Assembly (NCBI GenBank): GCA_023265175.1
Contig: JAHFUI010000005.1
Coordinates: 6,862-70,861 of the forward strand
Direction of reading: 5' to 3'
DNA from: Acidobacteriota bacterium
Lineage (GTDB): Bacteria; Acidobacteriota; Vicinamibacteria; Vicinamibacterales; CAVVIG01
Length of the DNA: 64,000 nucleotides
The notes beneath the pieces are model-generated. The model was given only the letters and a program-made list of their open reading frames with translations. It was not told the DNA's origin and searched no databases. This document shows, piece by piece, positions 1 to 7,942 of this stretch. The stretch's first letter is position 1, and each line of letters starts with the position of its first letter. A program made the translations under genes and the position numbers.

Positions 1-1580
1 GTTGAGCCCTGCAGGGCACGGTCTTTAGACCGTGCCCTGCCAGCCAGTTCTGCGCGGAAGCCGCGGGAACGGAGGAAGTCATCAATGCTCCGCGAGAGCG
101 CCTCGGCGGTGATTCCGGTCGCCGGAACCGGGCGGTCGGGCGCCGATGGGTGCCGACTGCCGGCGCCGTCGCCCACCGGCGCGCCGGAGGCCTCGAAGCG
201 ATTGGCCACGGGTGAGACCTCGTAGGCGAGCCGCTTGATGTTGAGCAGGTGGCGCGGAGAAATGTTGTCGGACGTGATGTTTCCCCCGAACCCGCCGCAG
301 CCGAGCGTCATCGCGGGATCCAATCCGGTTGTCAGCCCGATCGACCCATGCGTCGTCGGCGTGTTGACGACAATTCGGAACGCCGGCTTCTTCAGCCCAA
401 ACTCGAGAATGACCGCGTCGTTCTGAGAGTGAATGGACATCGTGTGTCCCATCCCGCCGTACCGCAGAATCTGCTTACAGCGCTCGCAGCCCTCGCGCCA
501 GTCCTTCACGACATAAAAAGACAAAACCGGGCAGAGCTTTTCAATCGAGAGCGGGTAATCCCGGCCGACGCCCTCCAGGGGCGCGATCAGGACTCGCGTT
601 CCCGCCGGCACGGTCAGCCCGCACTTCTCCGCAATCAGAACCGCCGACTTACCGACGAGCGCCGGGTTCGGCAGCCGCTGCGGGGTCACCAGGACTTTCG
701 CGAGTGCCTCCATCTCGGCCTTGGACAGGAAGTATCCCCCTTGAGATACGAACTCGCGCTTGACGTCCTCGGCAATCGGGTCGTCGACGACCACGGAGTT
801 CTCCGACGAACAGAGGACACCGTTGTCGAACGTCTTGCCGGTGACCACGTCGCGTACGGCTTTCTTGACGTTCGCGCTTCGCTCGATGTAAGCGGGCGCA
901 TTTCCGGGACCGACTCCATACGCCGGCTTCCCGGCGCTGTACGCGGCGCGGACCAATCCCATGCCGCCCGTGGCGAGGATGACGGCTACATCGCGATGCT
1001 TCATCAGCTCCTGGGTGCCCTCGAGCGTCACGGTCGTCATCCAGTTGACGGCGCCGGCCGGAGCGCCCGCGCGCCGCGCCGCCTCGTCCATCACCTCCGC
1101 GACACGTGTGATGCACTTGACCGCTGACGGGTGGGGGCTCAGCACGACCGCACAGCGCGCTTTGATCGAAATCAGGATCTTGTAGATCGCGGTCGAGGTG
1201 GGATTTGTCGAGGGGACGACGGCTGCAACCACGCCGAACGGCTCGGCGATCTCGACGACGCGCGTGGCTTCGTGCCGTGCGATGACGCCGACGGTCTTCA
1301 TCGGCCGGATGAAGTCGTAGACCTTCTGCGCGCTGAAGAGGTTCTTCTGAACCTTGTCCGCGACGACGCCGAAGCCGGTTTCTTCGACGGCCAGCACCGC
1401 GAACGCTTCTGCCTGGGCAGCGGCAGCCATCGCCATCGCGTCCACGATGGCGTCGATCCGCGCCTGATCGAACTCGGCCAGTTCGAGCCACGCCTTCTTG
1501 GCACGCTGCGCGAGCGATCGCGCTTCGGCAATCGAGGTCAGATCGCGGTTGGTCTGGTTGGAAGAGCCGGGTTCTGCCAT
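1..1580 (-). CDS. CoA-acylating aldehyde dehydrogenase (PduP/EutE-like, microcompartment-associated); 3' end runs off the window
   Basis: Absent from the ORF track because it has no stop inside the window. My own translation from the ATG (complement of 1578-1580) reads MAEPGSSNQTNRDLTSIAEARSLAQRAKKAW...VVPSTNPTSTAIYK...GGMGLVRAAYSAGKPAYGVGPGNAP...TFDNGVLCSSENSVVV, the catalytic-Cys context of acylating ALDHs. It lies immediately downstream of a BMC-H gene. Confidence 0.85.
   Translation of the reverse strand, partial: MAEPGSSNQTNRDLTSIAEARSLAQRAKKAWLELAEFDQARIDAIVDAMAMAAAAQAEAFAVLAVEETGFGVVADKVQKNLFSAQKVYDFIRPMKTVGVIARHEATRVVEIAEPFGVVAAVVPSTNPTSTAIYKILISIKARCAVVLSPHPSAVKCITRVAEVMDEAARRAGAPAGAVNWMTTVTLEGTQELMKHRDVAVILATGGMGLVRAAYSAGKPAYGVGPGNAPAYIERSANVKKAVRDVVTGKTFDNGVLCSSENSVVVDDPIAEDVKREFVSQGGYFLSKAEMEALAKVLVTPQRLPNPALVGKSAVLIAEKCGLTVPAGTRVLIAPLEGVGRDYPLSIEKLCPVLSFYVVKDWREGCERCKQILRYGGMGHTMSIHSQNDAVILEFGLKKPAFRIVVNTPTTHGSIGLTTGLDPAMTLGCGGFGGNITSDNISPRHLLNIKRLAYEVSPVANRFEASGAPVGDGAGSRHPSAPDRPVPATGITAEALSRSIDDFLRSRGFRAELAGRARSKDRALQGS
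11..40. repeat. REP-like perfect hairpin (13-bp stem, TTTA loop)
   Basis: GCAGGGCACGGTC-TTTA-GACCGTGCCCTGC. It lies inside the still-open reading frame of the aldehyde dehydrogenase. Confidence 0.75.
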
Positions 1581-1588
1581 CGGTGATC

Positions 1589-1661
1589 AACCACAAAGGG
1601 CACAAAGGAGACCAAGGAAGAACCGGTTTTGACCTTTGTGTCCTTCGTGTCCTTTGTGGTG
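1589..1661. repeat. Family A hairpin inside the microcompartment operon
   Basis: AACCACAAAGGGCACAAAGGAGACCAAGGAAG-AACCGGTTTTGA-CCTTTGTGTCCTTCGTGTCCTTTGTGGTG, located between the BMC-H stop and the aldehyde dehydrogenase start. Confidence 0.85.
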
Positions 1662-1668
1662 AAGCAAG

Positions 1669-1947
1669 CTAGGCGCCTTTGGGGAGTATCTTTTCCACTT
1701 CACTGTGCGGCCGCGGAATGACGTGCACGGCAACCAGTTCGCCGACGCGCCGGGCGGCGGCGGCTCCGGCGTCGGTGGCCGCCTTCACGGCGCCGACGTC
1801 ACCGCGAACCATGACGGTGACGTAGCCGGCGCCGATGTACTCCTTGCCGACTAGAACCACGTTGGCGGCCTTGACCATCGCGTCGGCCGCCTCGACTGCT
1901 CCGATCAAGCCTTTGGTCTCGATCATTCCGAGCGCTTCGAGTGACAT
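1669..1947 (-). CDS. Bacterial microcompartment shell protein, BMC-H (PduA/EutM/CcmK family)
   Basis: From the internal Met, ORF 1669..2010 reads [57 protein letters not shown], the canonical BMC-domain signature. The upstream 21 codons look like a spurious extension. Confidence 0.9.
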   Translation of the reverse strand: MSLEALGMIETKGLIGAVEAADAMVKAANVVLVGKEYIGAGYVTVMVRGDVGAVKAATDAGAAAARRVGELVAVHVIPRPHSEVEKILPKGA

Positions 1948-2009
1948 GCGAGGCGACTCTAGCAGATTCCAGGAGACGCTCGCAATGCGATTACGATAAG
2001 CGCAGGCCA

Positions 2010-3419
2010 ATGAAGCCGTTTCGCCTCTTCACGTTCGCGGTACTTGCGGCGGCGATCGTGCCTCGACTCGCGCATCGCGGCATGTTCGTGGACGGTGTGA
2101 CGTACGCGTCGATCGCGCGCAATCTGGCGGAAGGCCGCGGCAGTTTCTGGTCGCCGTCTTACACGGCGACCGTCTACCCCCAATTCCACATGCATCCGGC
2201 GCTCGGTTTGTGGCTGCAATCGCTGTGGTTCCGCGCGCTGGGCGATCACATGGTCGTCGAGCGAGCCTACGCAATCACCGTCGCGCTCGCGACGGCGTTC
2301 TTGATTGGTGCGATATGGCGTCGCCTGCACGAGGGGAACGAGAACCCGAGCTCTGCCCGACAGTTCGAGTGGCTGCCAATCCTGTCATGGATCGCCGTGC
2401 CGGTCGTCTCGTGGTCCATTGTCGGCAACATGCTCGAAACGACCGTCACGTGTTTCATCGCCGGCTCCGTCGCCGCACTCGTGGAAGCCGCGTGGGCCCG
2501 CCCAACCGCGGCGTTCGTGGCGTGGGGCGGCTTGTCCGGGCTGTGCATCATCGCGGCGGCCCTGACAAAGGGACCGGTGGCGCTGTTCGCGCTCGCCGCG
2601 CCCCTCCTCGTGCCAGTCACATCCGATCGACGCGGGCGTTCGCTCTTGGCGGCGGCGCAGTGGACGACCGCCGGGATATGCGCGCTGGGGGTGTTGAGCG
2701 TTCCAGAGGCACGAGCGAGCCTCCTGCAGTATCTGAACGAACAGCTGCTGCCGGCGCTGGACGGCCGCTACGATTCCGATTCGCTCAAGATCGTCAAAGT
2801 GATGCTCGAAGGCGTATGGCTGCCAATGATCGTCGGGGCCGTACTGATTGTGGCGGCTGCACGCGAGCTCGTCGTCCCTTCAAAAGGAGAGCAACGCCAG
2901 GCGATGTCCTTCCTCCTGCTGGGCCTGGCGGGGACGCTTCCGATCCTCGCAAGCAGGAAGCAGATGGGGCACTACCTCGTACCGGCAGTCCCGTTCTTCG
3001 CGATGGCAACGGCCAGTTTCATCGCGCCGACCGTGGCCCGGCTCGTCGGGAGAATCGTCGTCAATCGGCAGGCAGGCGCGATCAGTGCCACAGCGGTCTT
3101 CATCATCTTCGGGACCATCACCGCTTCATTCGTGCCGGCTCTCGATCGCGATCGGCAGCGGCTGGCTGACCTCGACGCGCTGGAGCCGATGGCTCCCCGA
3201 GGCGTGACGGTCGGCATCTGTTACGCGGCGAGTGGCGATTGGGGACTCCACGCGTGGTTCGAGCGTCGCTTCCACGTGAGCCTCGACACGGCGCAGGGAT
3301 CGCGGCGCGATTGGTTTCTCCAGACCGCGCCGCCGGCGGCTGGTTGCCCGCCCGCAACCTGCGCGCCCGCAACGGATCCAAGCCGCCAGCTCATCCTTTT
3401 GAAATGCCGCCGGCCGTGA
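2010..3419 (+). CDS. Polytopic GT-C fold glycosyltransferase (ArnT / PMT family 39/83-like)
   Basis: ORF 1941..3419. Start taken at [42 protein letters not shown] (ATG 2010). It has many predicted TM helices and an N-terminal motif typical of ArnT-like enzymes. Confidence 0.7.
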   Translation: MKPFRLFTFAVLAAAIVPRLAHRGMFVDGVTYASIARNLAEGRGSFWSPSYTATVYPQFHMHPALGLWLQSLWFRALGDHMVVERAYAITVALATAFLIGAIWRRLHEGNENPSSARQFEWLPILSWIAVPVVSWSIVGNMLETTVTCFIAGSVAALVEAAWARPTAAFVAWGGLSGLCIIAAALTKGPVALFALAAPLLVPVTSDRRGRSLLAAAQWTTAGICALGVLSVPEARASLLQYLNEQLLPALDGRYDSDSLKIVKVMLEGVWLPMIVGAVLIVAAARELVVPSKGEQRQAMSFLLLGLAGTLPILASRKQMGHYLVPAVPFFAMATASFIAPTVARLVGRIVVNRQAGAISATAVFIIFGTITASFVPALDRDRQRLADLDALEPMAPRGVTVGICYAASGDWGLHAWFERRFHVSLDTAQGSRRDWFLQTAPPAAGCPPATCAPATDPSRQLILLKCRRP

Positions 3420-3449
3420 CTAACTGTCAACGGCTCACAGCGTTCGCGG

Positions 3450-3455
3450 TATAAT
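3450..3455 (+). promoter_or_regulatory. Candidate -10 hexamer TATAAT upstream of the lipoprotein gene
   Basis: Exact TATAAT at 3450-3455, followed by a GAAGGTG Shine-Dalgarno-like sequence at 3468-3474 and ATG 3485. The -35 is weak (TGTCAA at 3425-3430, 19-nt spacer). Confidence 0.3.
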
Positions 3456-3484
3456 GCCGTCTCCTTTCGAAGGTGACCGTTTTC

Positions 3485-4369
3485 ATGAAAATCTTCCGGA
3501 TCGCAGTCCTGGCTGCGGCAGCAGCCTCGCTCTGCAGTTGTCGTCACAAGGCACCCCCCGAACCGCCGGTGGCGACGCCAGCGGTGACGCTCGGCCATGA
3601 CAAAGCGCCCCTTGGCAGCCCGATCGAAGTCACGTACCGGTTCGATGTCGCGCCTGATGCGCCGCCCTTCAAAGAGAATTACCGCGTTTTTGTCGGCGTG
3701 GTCGACACGGACCAGGAGCTCATGTGGCACGATGACCACGACCCGCCTATTCCGACGACGCAATGGAAGCCGGGACAGAAGATCGAATACACGCGTACCG
3801 TGTTCATACCGATCTATCCGTACATCGGGGACGCGGCGATCCATATGGGATTGCACTCCACCGTCACGCAAAAGCGTCTGCCGCTGGCGGGCCAGGACGC
3901 CGGTCAGCGCGCCTACAACGTGGGAAAACTGCAGCTGCTTCCGCAGACAGAAAATGTGTTCACCGTCTACAAGGACGGGTGGCACGGCCCCGAAACGCCT
4001 CCGAACAACCCGCATTTCGAGTGGCAATGGACACGGCGGAAAGAGGCGACGATCGACTTCAAGAACCCGAAGAAGGACTGCCTCTTCTACTTCGACATCG
4101 ATAACCCGAGCAGCACCTTTCCTGAGGGCCAGCACGTTCAGGTCAAGTTGGGCGACCATCTCGTCGATGAATTCACGCTGATGCCGGCCCAGCAGGTGTT
4201 GCGAAGAATTCCGTTGACGGCCGCGCAGATGGGCACGGAAGACATGGCCGAGCTGACGATCAATGTGGACAAGACGTTCACGCCAGCGCTCGTGCCTGCG
4301 TCGACGAACAAGGATCCGCGCGAGCTCGGCGTTCGAGTGTTTCACGCGTACATCGAGCCGAAGAAATAA
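3485..4369 (+). CDS. Lipoprotein of unknown function
   Basis: ORF 3473..4369. ATG 3485 gives MKIFRIAVLAAAAASLCSC, a signal peptide with a lipobox Cys. I recognise no catalytic motif. Confidence 0.6.
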   Translation: MKIFRIAVLAAAAASLCSCRHKAPPEPPVATPAVTLGHDKAPLGSPIEVTYRFDVAPDAPPFKENYRVFVGVVDTDQELMWHDDHDPPIPTTQWKPGQKIEYTRTVFIPIYPYIGDAAIHMGLHSTVTQKRLPLAGQDAGQRAYNVGKLQLLPQTENVFTVYKDGWHGPETPPNNPHFEWQWTRRKEATIDFKNPKKDCLFYFDIDNPSSTFPEGQHVQVKLGDHLVDEFTLMPAQQVLRRIPLTAAQMGTEDMAELTINVDKTFTPALVPASTNKDPRELGVRVFHAYIEPKK

Positions 4370-4378
4370 GGAGAAGAC

Positions 4379-5032
4379 ATGCACAACCGCACGGTCAAAG
4401 GAATCTCCGTCGGCGGCTTGCTCCTGGGCCTGTTGGCCATGGCTTTGCCGGCGCACGCCGAGCTGGTGTTTTTTTCTTCGGGGCGGAGCATGTCCGTCAA
4501 GACGGTTCGGATCGACGGTGACTCGCTGGTGCTCGCGCTGCGGGGTGGCGGGGAGATTATCTGCGAGCGCTCGAGTATTGCCCGCATCGAGCCTGACGAG
4601 GTGCCGTATCCGGAATACGTTGCGGCTGCGCCGTTGCCGATCGCGCCAACGGCCACCGCGGTGGTCCCCTACGGCGAAATCATCGACAAGCTCGCAGCGG
4701 AACACAACGTGCCCAGCCGCCTCGTGAAAGCGGTCATCCAGGTCGAATCCGGCTATCAGCATGGCGCACGGTCACGGAAAGGCGCCATCGGCTTGATGCA
4801 GTTGATGCCCGAAACCGCACGTCAATACGCGGTGGCGGATCCCTACGAGCCGCGATCGAACATCGAAGGCGGCGTCAAATATCTGCGATCGCTGCTCGAT
4901 CGCTTCGAAGTGCCGCTGGCGCTCGCGGCCTATAACGCGGGTGAGGCGGCCGTGCGCCGCTTCGGCGGCATTCCTCCCTATCCGGAGACGCGCGCCTACG
5001 TGAAGAGCGTGCTCGCGCTATTCGGCCGCTAA
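4379..5032 (+). CDS. Lytic transglycosylase (SLT domain) with N-terminal signal and extra domain
   Basis: Contains VIQVESGYQ (catalytic Glu-Ser), GLMQLMPETA and AYNAGEAAV, the family-1 SLT motifs. Signal peptide is LLLGLLAMALPAHA. Confidence 0.85.
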   Translation: MHNRTVKGISVGGLLLGLLAMALPAHAELVFFSSGRSMSVKTVRIDGDSLVLALRGGGEIICERSSIARIEPDEVPYPEYVAAAPLPIAPTATAVVPYGEIIDKLAAEHNVPSRLVKAVIQVESGYQHGARSRKGAIGLMQLMPETARQYAVADPYEPRSNIEGGVKYLRSLLDRFEVPLALAAYNAGEAAVRRFGGIPPYPETRAYVKSVLALFGR

Positions 5033-5058
5033 CTGATTTCACACACGAGCCCCGAACG

Positions 5059-6516
5059 TCACGGCCGCCTTTGACCGACTCGCTCCAGCCTTCCGTGTGC
5101 GAGTCTGAACACGAAATCAGGCGTAGAGGGAAGCGGCGGCAGACCGGCGAGCTCGGCTCCGGTCGGAGGTGGTTCGATCCACACACGGACGCGTGATCCG
5201 ACAGTGAGGTCGATTGCCTCCTGCATTAACGTTCCAAACGCGTCATCGAGCGTGGACCTTGCTTGCCGATCATCCCTCACGATGATCTGCAACGGTTTCT
5301 GCGGCATCGAACGGGCGACGTCTGCGAGTTGACCGAGCACCGTGCGGGACAACTCGGCTTCAGAGACCGAGCGCCTGTTTCGCGCGTGATACACGGGCCA
5401 GAGCACGAACGGCAGAATCGCGCACGCGATCAGCGTGACAGCTTGGCGTCGGCTCGAGCTATCTCGCCACACCGCGGTAGTCAGAGCAGCGGCCGCGATC
5501 GCCACGCCGACGGCCGGGAAACAGACATAGAGACTTGATCGCACGGGCAGGAAGATCGTCAGAGCGAACCCGCCGGCGAGCCACAAGATTCCGAACACGA
5601 TCGCGGATCGTTCCTCGGGGTGAAGCCGCAGGCGTTTCGGGCGACACACCACCGCGACCATCAGGAGCAAGGCGACGGCAAAGGTCATCGACCGGTCCGC
5701 GTACGGCGCCAGGTTCGCCAACAAGCGCGCCGGCGACACGCTCAACTGATAATAGGAAGGCGCGCTGCCTGGCGTGAACGCCCCGGACCGAAGCCGCAGG
5801 GGGAAATAGGCGAGCAGCGGACACGCCAACGCCGCCCACGACGCGATCACCTGACGCGGGGATTTCACGGCATCCGCCCGGCGTCCGGTCAGCAGAGACC
5901 AGAGGCCAAGCATCACGGGAAGCGCGACGGCCTCTTCCTTCGACAACATCGCCAGGAAGAGCCAGGTGGCCGATCGAACGTACCGCCCTTTGACGAAGTC
6001 GACGGCCCCAACGACGGCGCAGAGCGTCAACAGGAGAGCGGTTCTGCCGCTGATCCACAAGACGGCCGCATTGATGCCGTGAAAATTGAACGCCCACACG
6101 AACGCCCCGAACACGGCCGCCTGCGGGGGGAGCGACAGCGCCCGCGCCAAAAGCCCAATCGTCCAGGCACACGCGAGCAGCAGCGCAAGATTCGTCAACC
6201 CGTATCCGAGCGGATCAATTCCAAAGAGAAGCCGGTTCACGGCGAAGGACGCCGATACGAGGGGCCGGAAGAAACCGGTTGGCGCGCGAAAGAATTGCGC
6301 GAGGTCGGCCGACAATTGAACCGTGCTGCGCGCGATCCAGACGAAATCGTCTTTGACGAATCCGTGGCCGACGCTGGGCACGTAGATGAATCCAAGTGCA
6401 ACGGCGAGCAATATTGAGAGGATGGCGGGACTTATCGGGGGAGCTGGCGCGACGGGGGAATCCATGGACACAGTATCGGCGGACCCGCCTTTTCGCCGGG
6501 TTGCGTGGTCTAACAA
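5059..6516 (-). CDS. Polytopic membrane protein, GT-C / PMT_2-like glycosyltransferase family
   Basis: ORF of 485 aa with about 10 hydrophobic segments. N-terminus reads VPSVGHGFVKDDFVWIA...FFRPLVSASFAVN, resembling bacterial TMTC/PMT_2-type proteins. The true start may be the internal MDSP (6465). Confidence 0.6.
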   Translation of the reverse strand: MLDHATRRKGGSADTVSMDSPVAPAPPISPAILSILLAVALGFIYVPSVGHGFVKDDFVWIARSTVQLSADLAQFFRAPTGFFRPLVSASFAVNRLLFGIDPLGYGLTNLALLLACAWTIGLLARALSLPPQAAVFGAFVWAFNFHGINAAVLWISGRTALLLTLCAVVGAVDFVKGRYVRSATWLFLAMLSKEEAVALPVMLGLWSLLTGRRADAVKSPRQVIASWAALACPLLAYFPLRLRSGAFTPGSAPSYYQLSVSPARLLANLAPYADRSMTFAVALLLMVAVVCRPKRLRLHPEERSAIVFGILWLAGGFALTIFLPVRSSLYVCFPAVGVAIAAAALTTAVWRDSSSRRQAVTLIACAILPFVLWPVYHARNRRSVSEAELSRTVLGQLADVARSMPQKPLQIIVRDDRQARSTLDDAFGTLMQEAIDLTVGSRVRVWIEPPPTGAELAGLPPLPSTPDFVFRLAHGRLERVGQRRP

Positions 6517-6537
6517 TCTATCTATCGCGGTTCGGGA

Positions 6538-6580
6538 TCAGATCTTGATTCTTGCGCAATCTGCAAAAATCAAGATCTGA
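6538..6580. promoter_or_regulatory. Perfect 13-bp inverted repeat (TCAGATCTTGATT-N17-AATCAAGATCTGA), candidate operator
   Basis: Read directly from the sequence. It sits in the AT-richer divergent region between the GT-C gene (-) and gspF (+), 26 bp upstream of an extended -10. Confidence 0.45.
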
Positions 6581-6605
6581 CCCTAACGAACCCGCGCGAA
6601 AAGGT

Positions 6606-6614
6606 TGGTATAAT
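6606..6614 (+). promoter_or_regulatory. Extended -10 promoter element TGgTATAAT for the secretion/pilus operon
   Basis: TGGTATAAT at 6606-6614, about 85 nt upstream of the GTG start at 6698. No good -35 is present, which is consistent with the extended -10 class. Confidence 0.4.
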
Positions 6615-6697
6615 TTCAAGGGCCGATAATGTCCATTCTGACAATCTCTTGCGGCCGGTTTGCCCTGCGCTCCGCGCCTGGCGAAGGCGCCTGACCC

Positions 6698-7909
6698 GTG
6701 GAATTTCGTTGCCGACTCGCGTCGGCCAACGGCGAAATCGTCGAAGGGGTGTACGTGGCCGAGAGCGAATCCCGGCTGCGCCACGAATTCGAAGAAAAGG
6801 GCCTCTTCGTCCTCTCGCTCCAGCCCAAAGGCGCGATTGGGGGGCTGTCGGTTCAGCTCCCGCAACGACGCGCCGTCAACACGCGCGAGTTCCTCGTGTT
6901 CAACCAGGAACTGGCGACGTTGCTCAAGGCGGGGATGCCGCTCGTGCAATCGCTGGATCTACTCAGGCGGCGGGTCGACTCACCGCTGTTCCGCGGCGTG
7001 CTCGACGATGTCTACGAAAAGGTGCGCTCGGGGACTGCGATGTCCGACGCATTTGCCGCGCACGAGGGGCTGTTCCCGCGCGTGTACACCGCATCGCTGC
7101 TGGCCGGCGAGCGGAGCGGCAACCTTGACGCGGTGCTGAGGCGATACGTCGAGTACACGAAGATCATCGCGACCGTGAAGCGCAAGACCATGTCTGCGCT
7201 GGTCTATCCGGCGATTCTGATCACGCTGGCGCTGGTCCTGGTCTCCATCATCGTCTTGAAGGTGGTGCCGGCCTTTTCCGACTTCTACACCAGTTTCGGC
7301 GCGAACCTGCCGCTCGCGACGCGTGTCATCATGGGCGTGTCGGAGTTTCTTCGCGCGCAGTTCGTGCTGCTGATCGTCATCGCCGGCGTGACCGCGGCGT
7401 TGGTGATCGGATGGATCCGGCAGCCGGGACAGAAAGGGCGCCTCCATCACCTGATCCTCGGCATCCCGATGCTCGGTCAGGTGGCCCGCAAGTTCGCGAC
7501 GTCGCAGATGTCGCGGACGCTCGCGACCTTGCTCGGCGGGGGGTTGCCGCTCGTCAACGCCCTGGACATCGCGGCGCACTCGATCGGCAACCAGTACATG
7601 GCGGGGCAGCTCCAGATCGTGAGCACGCGCGTGCGAGAAGGCGAGTCGTTCGCCGCGGCGCTCGAAGCCCGGCACGCGTTTCCGGAGGTCGCGGTCAAGA
7701 TGGCGGAGGTCGGGGAATCGACCGGCGCGCTGCAGGACATGCTCAACACCGTCGCCGATTTTTACGACGAGGAGATCGCCACCAACATGGAGCGGTTCGT
7801 GACGCTCGTGGAACCGGTGCTGCTCGTCGTCATGGGGATTGTGATCGCCGGCCTGTTGCTGGCGCTCTACATGCCGCTCTTCCAGTTGAGCTCGGTGCTC
7901 GGACAGTAA
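6698..7909 (+). CDS. Type II secretion system F family platform protein (GspF/PilC)
   Basis: 403 aa. MEFRCRLASANGEIVEGVYVAESESRLRHEFEEKGLFVLSL is the typical PilC/GspF N-terminus, with two repeated T2SSF halves and three TM segments. Confidence 0.9.
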   Translation: MEFRCRLASANGEIVEGVYVAESESRLRHEFEEKGLFVLSLQPKGAIGGLSVQLPQRRAVNTREFLVFNQELATLLKAGMPLVQSLDLLRRRVDSPLFRGVLDDVYEKVRSGTAMSDAFAAHEGLFPRVYTASLLAGERSGNLDAVLRRYVEYTKIIATVKRKTMSALVYPAILITLALVLVSIIVLKVVPAFSDFYTSFGANLPLATRVIMGVSEFLRAQFVLLIVIAGVTAALVIGWIRQPGQKGRLHHLILGIPMLGQVARKFATSQMSRTLATLLGGGLPLVNALDIAAHSIGNQYMAGQLQIVSTRVREGESFAAALEARHAFPEVAVKMAEVGESTGALQDMLNTVADFYDEEIATNMERFVTLVEPVLLVVMGIVIAGLLLALYMPLFQLSSVLGQ

Positions 7910-7942
7910 TGGGCAGGTAGGACAGGTGGGGCAGGCAGGGAA

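Noticed and set aside
4338-4353. parS-like sequence TGTTTCACGCGTACAT.
   Set aside because: Only the first 9 nt match the TGTTTCACGTGAAACA consensus. It is not palindromic, and it lies inside the lipoprotein CDS 26 kb from parAB.
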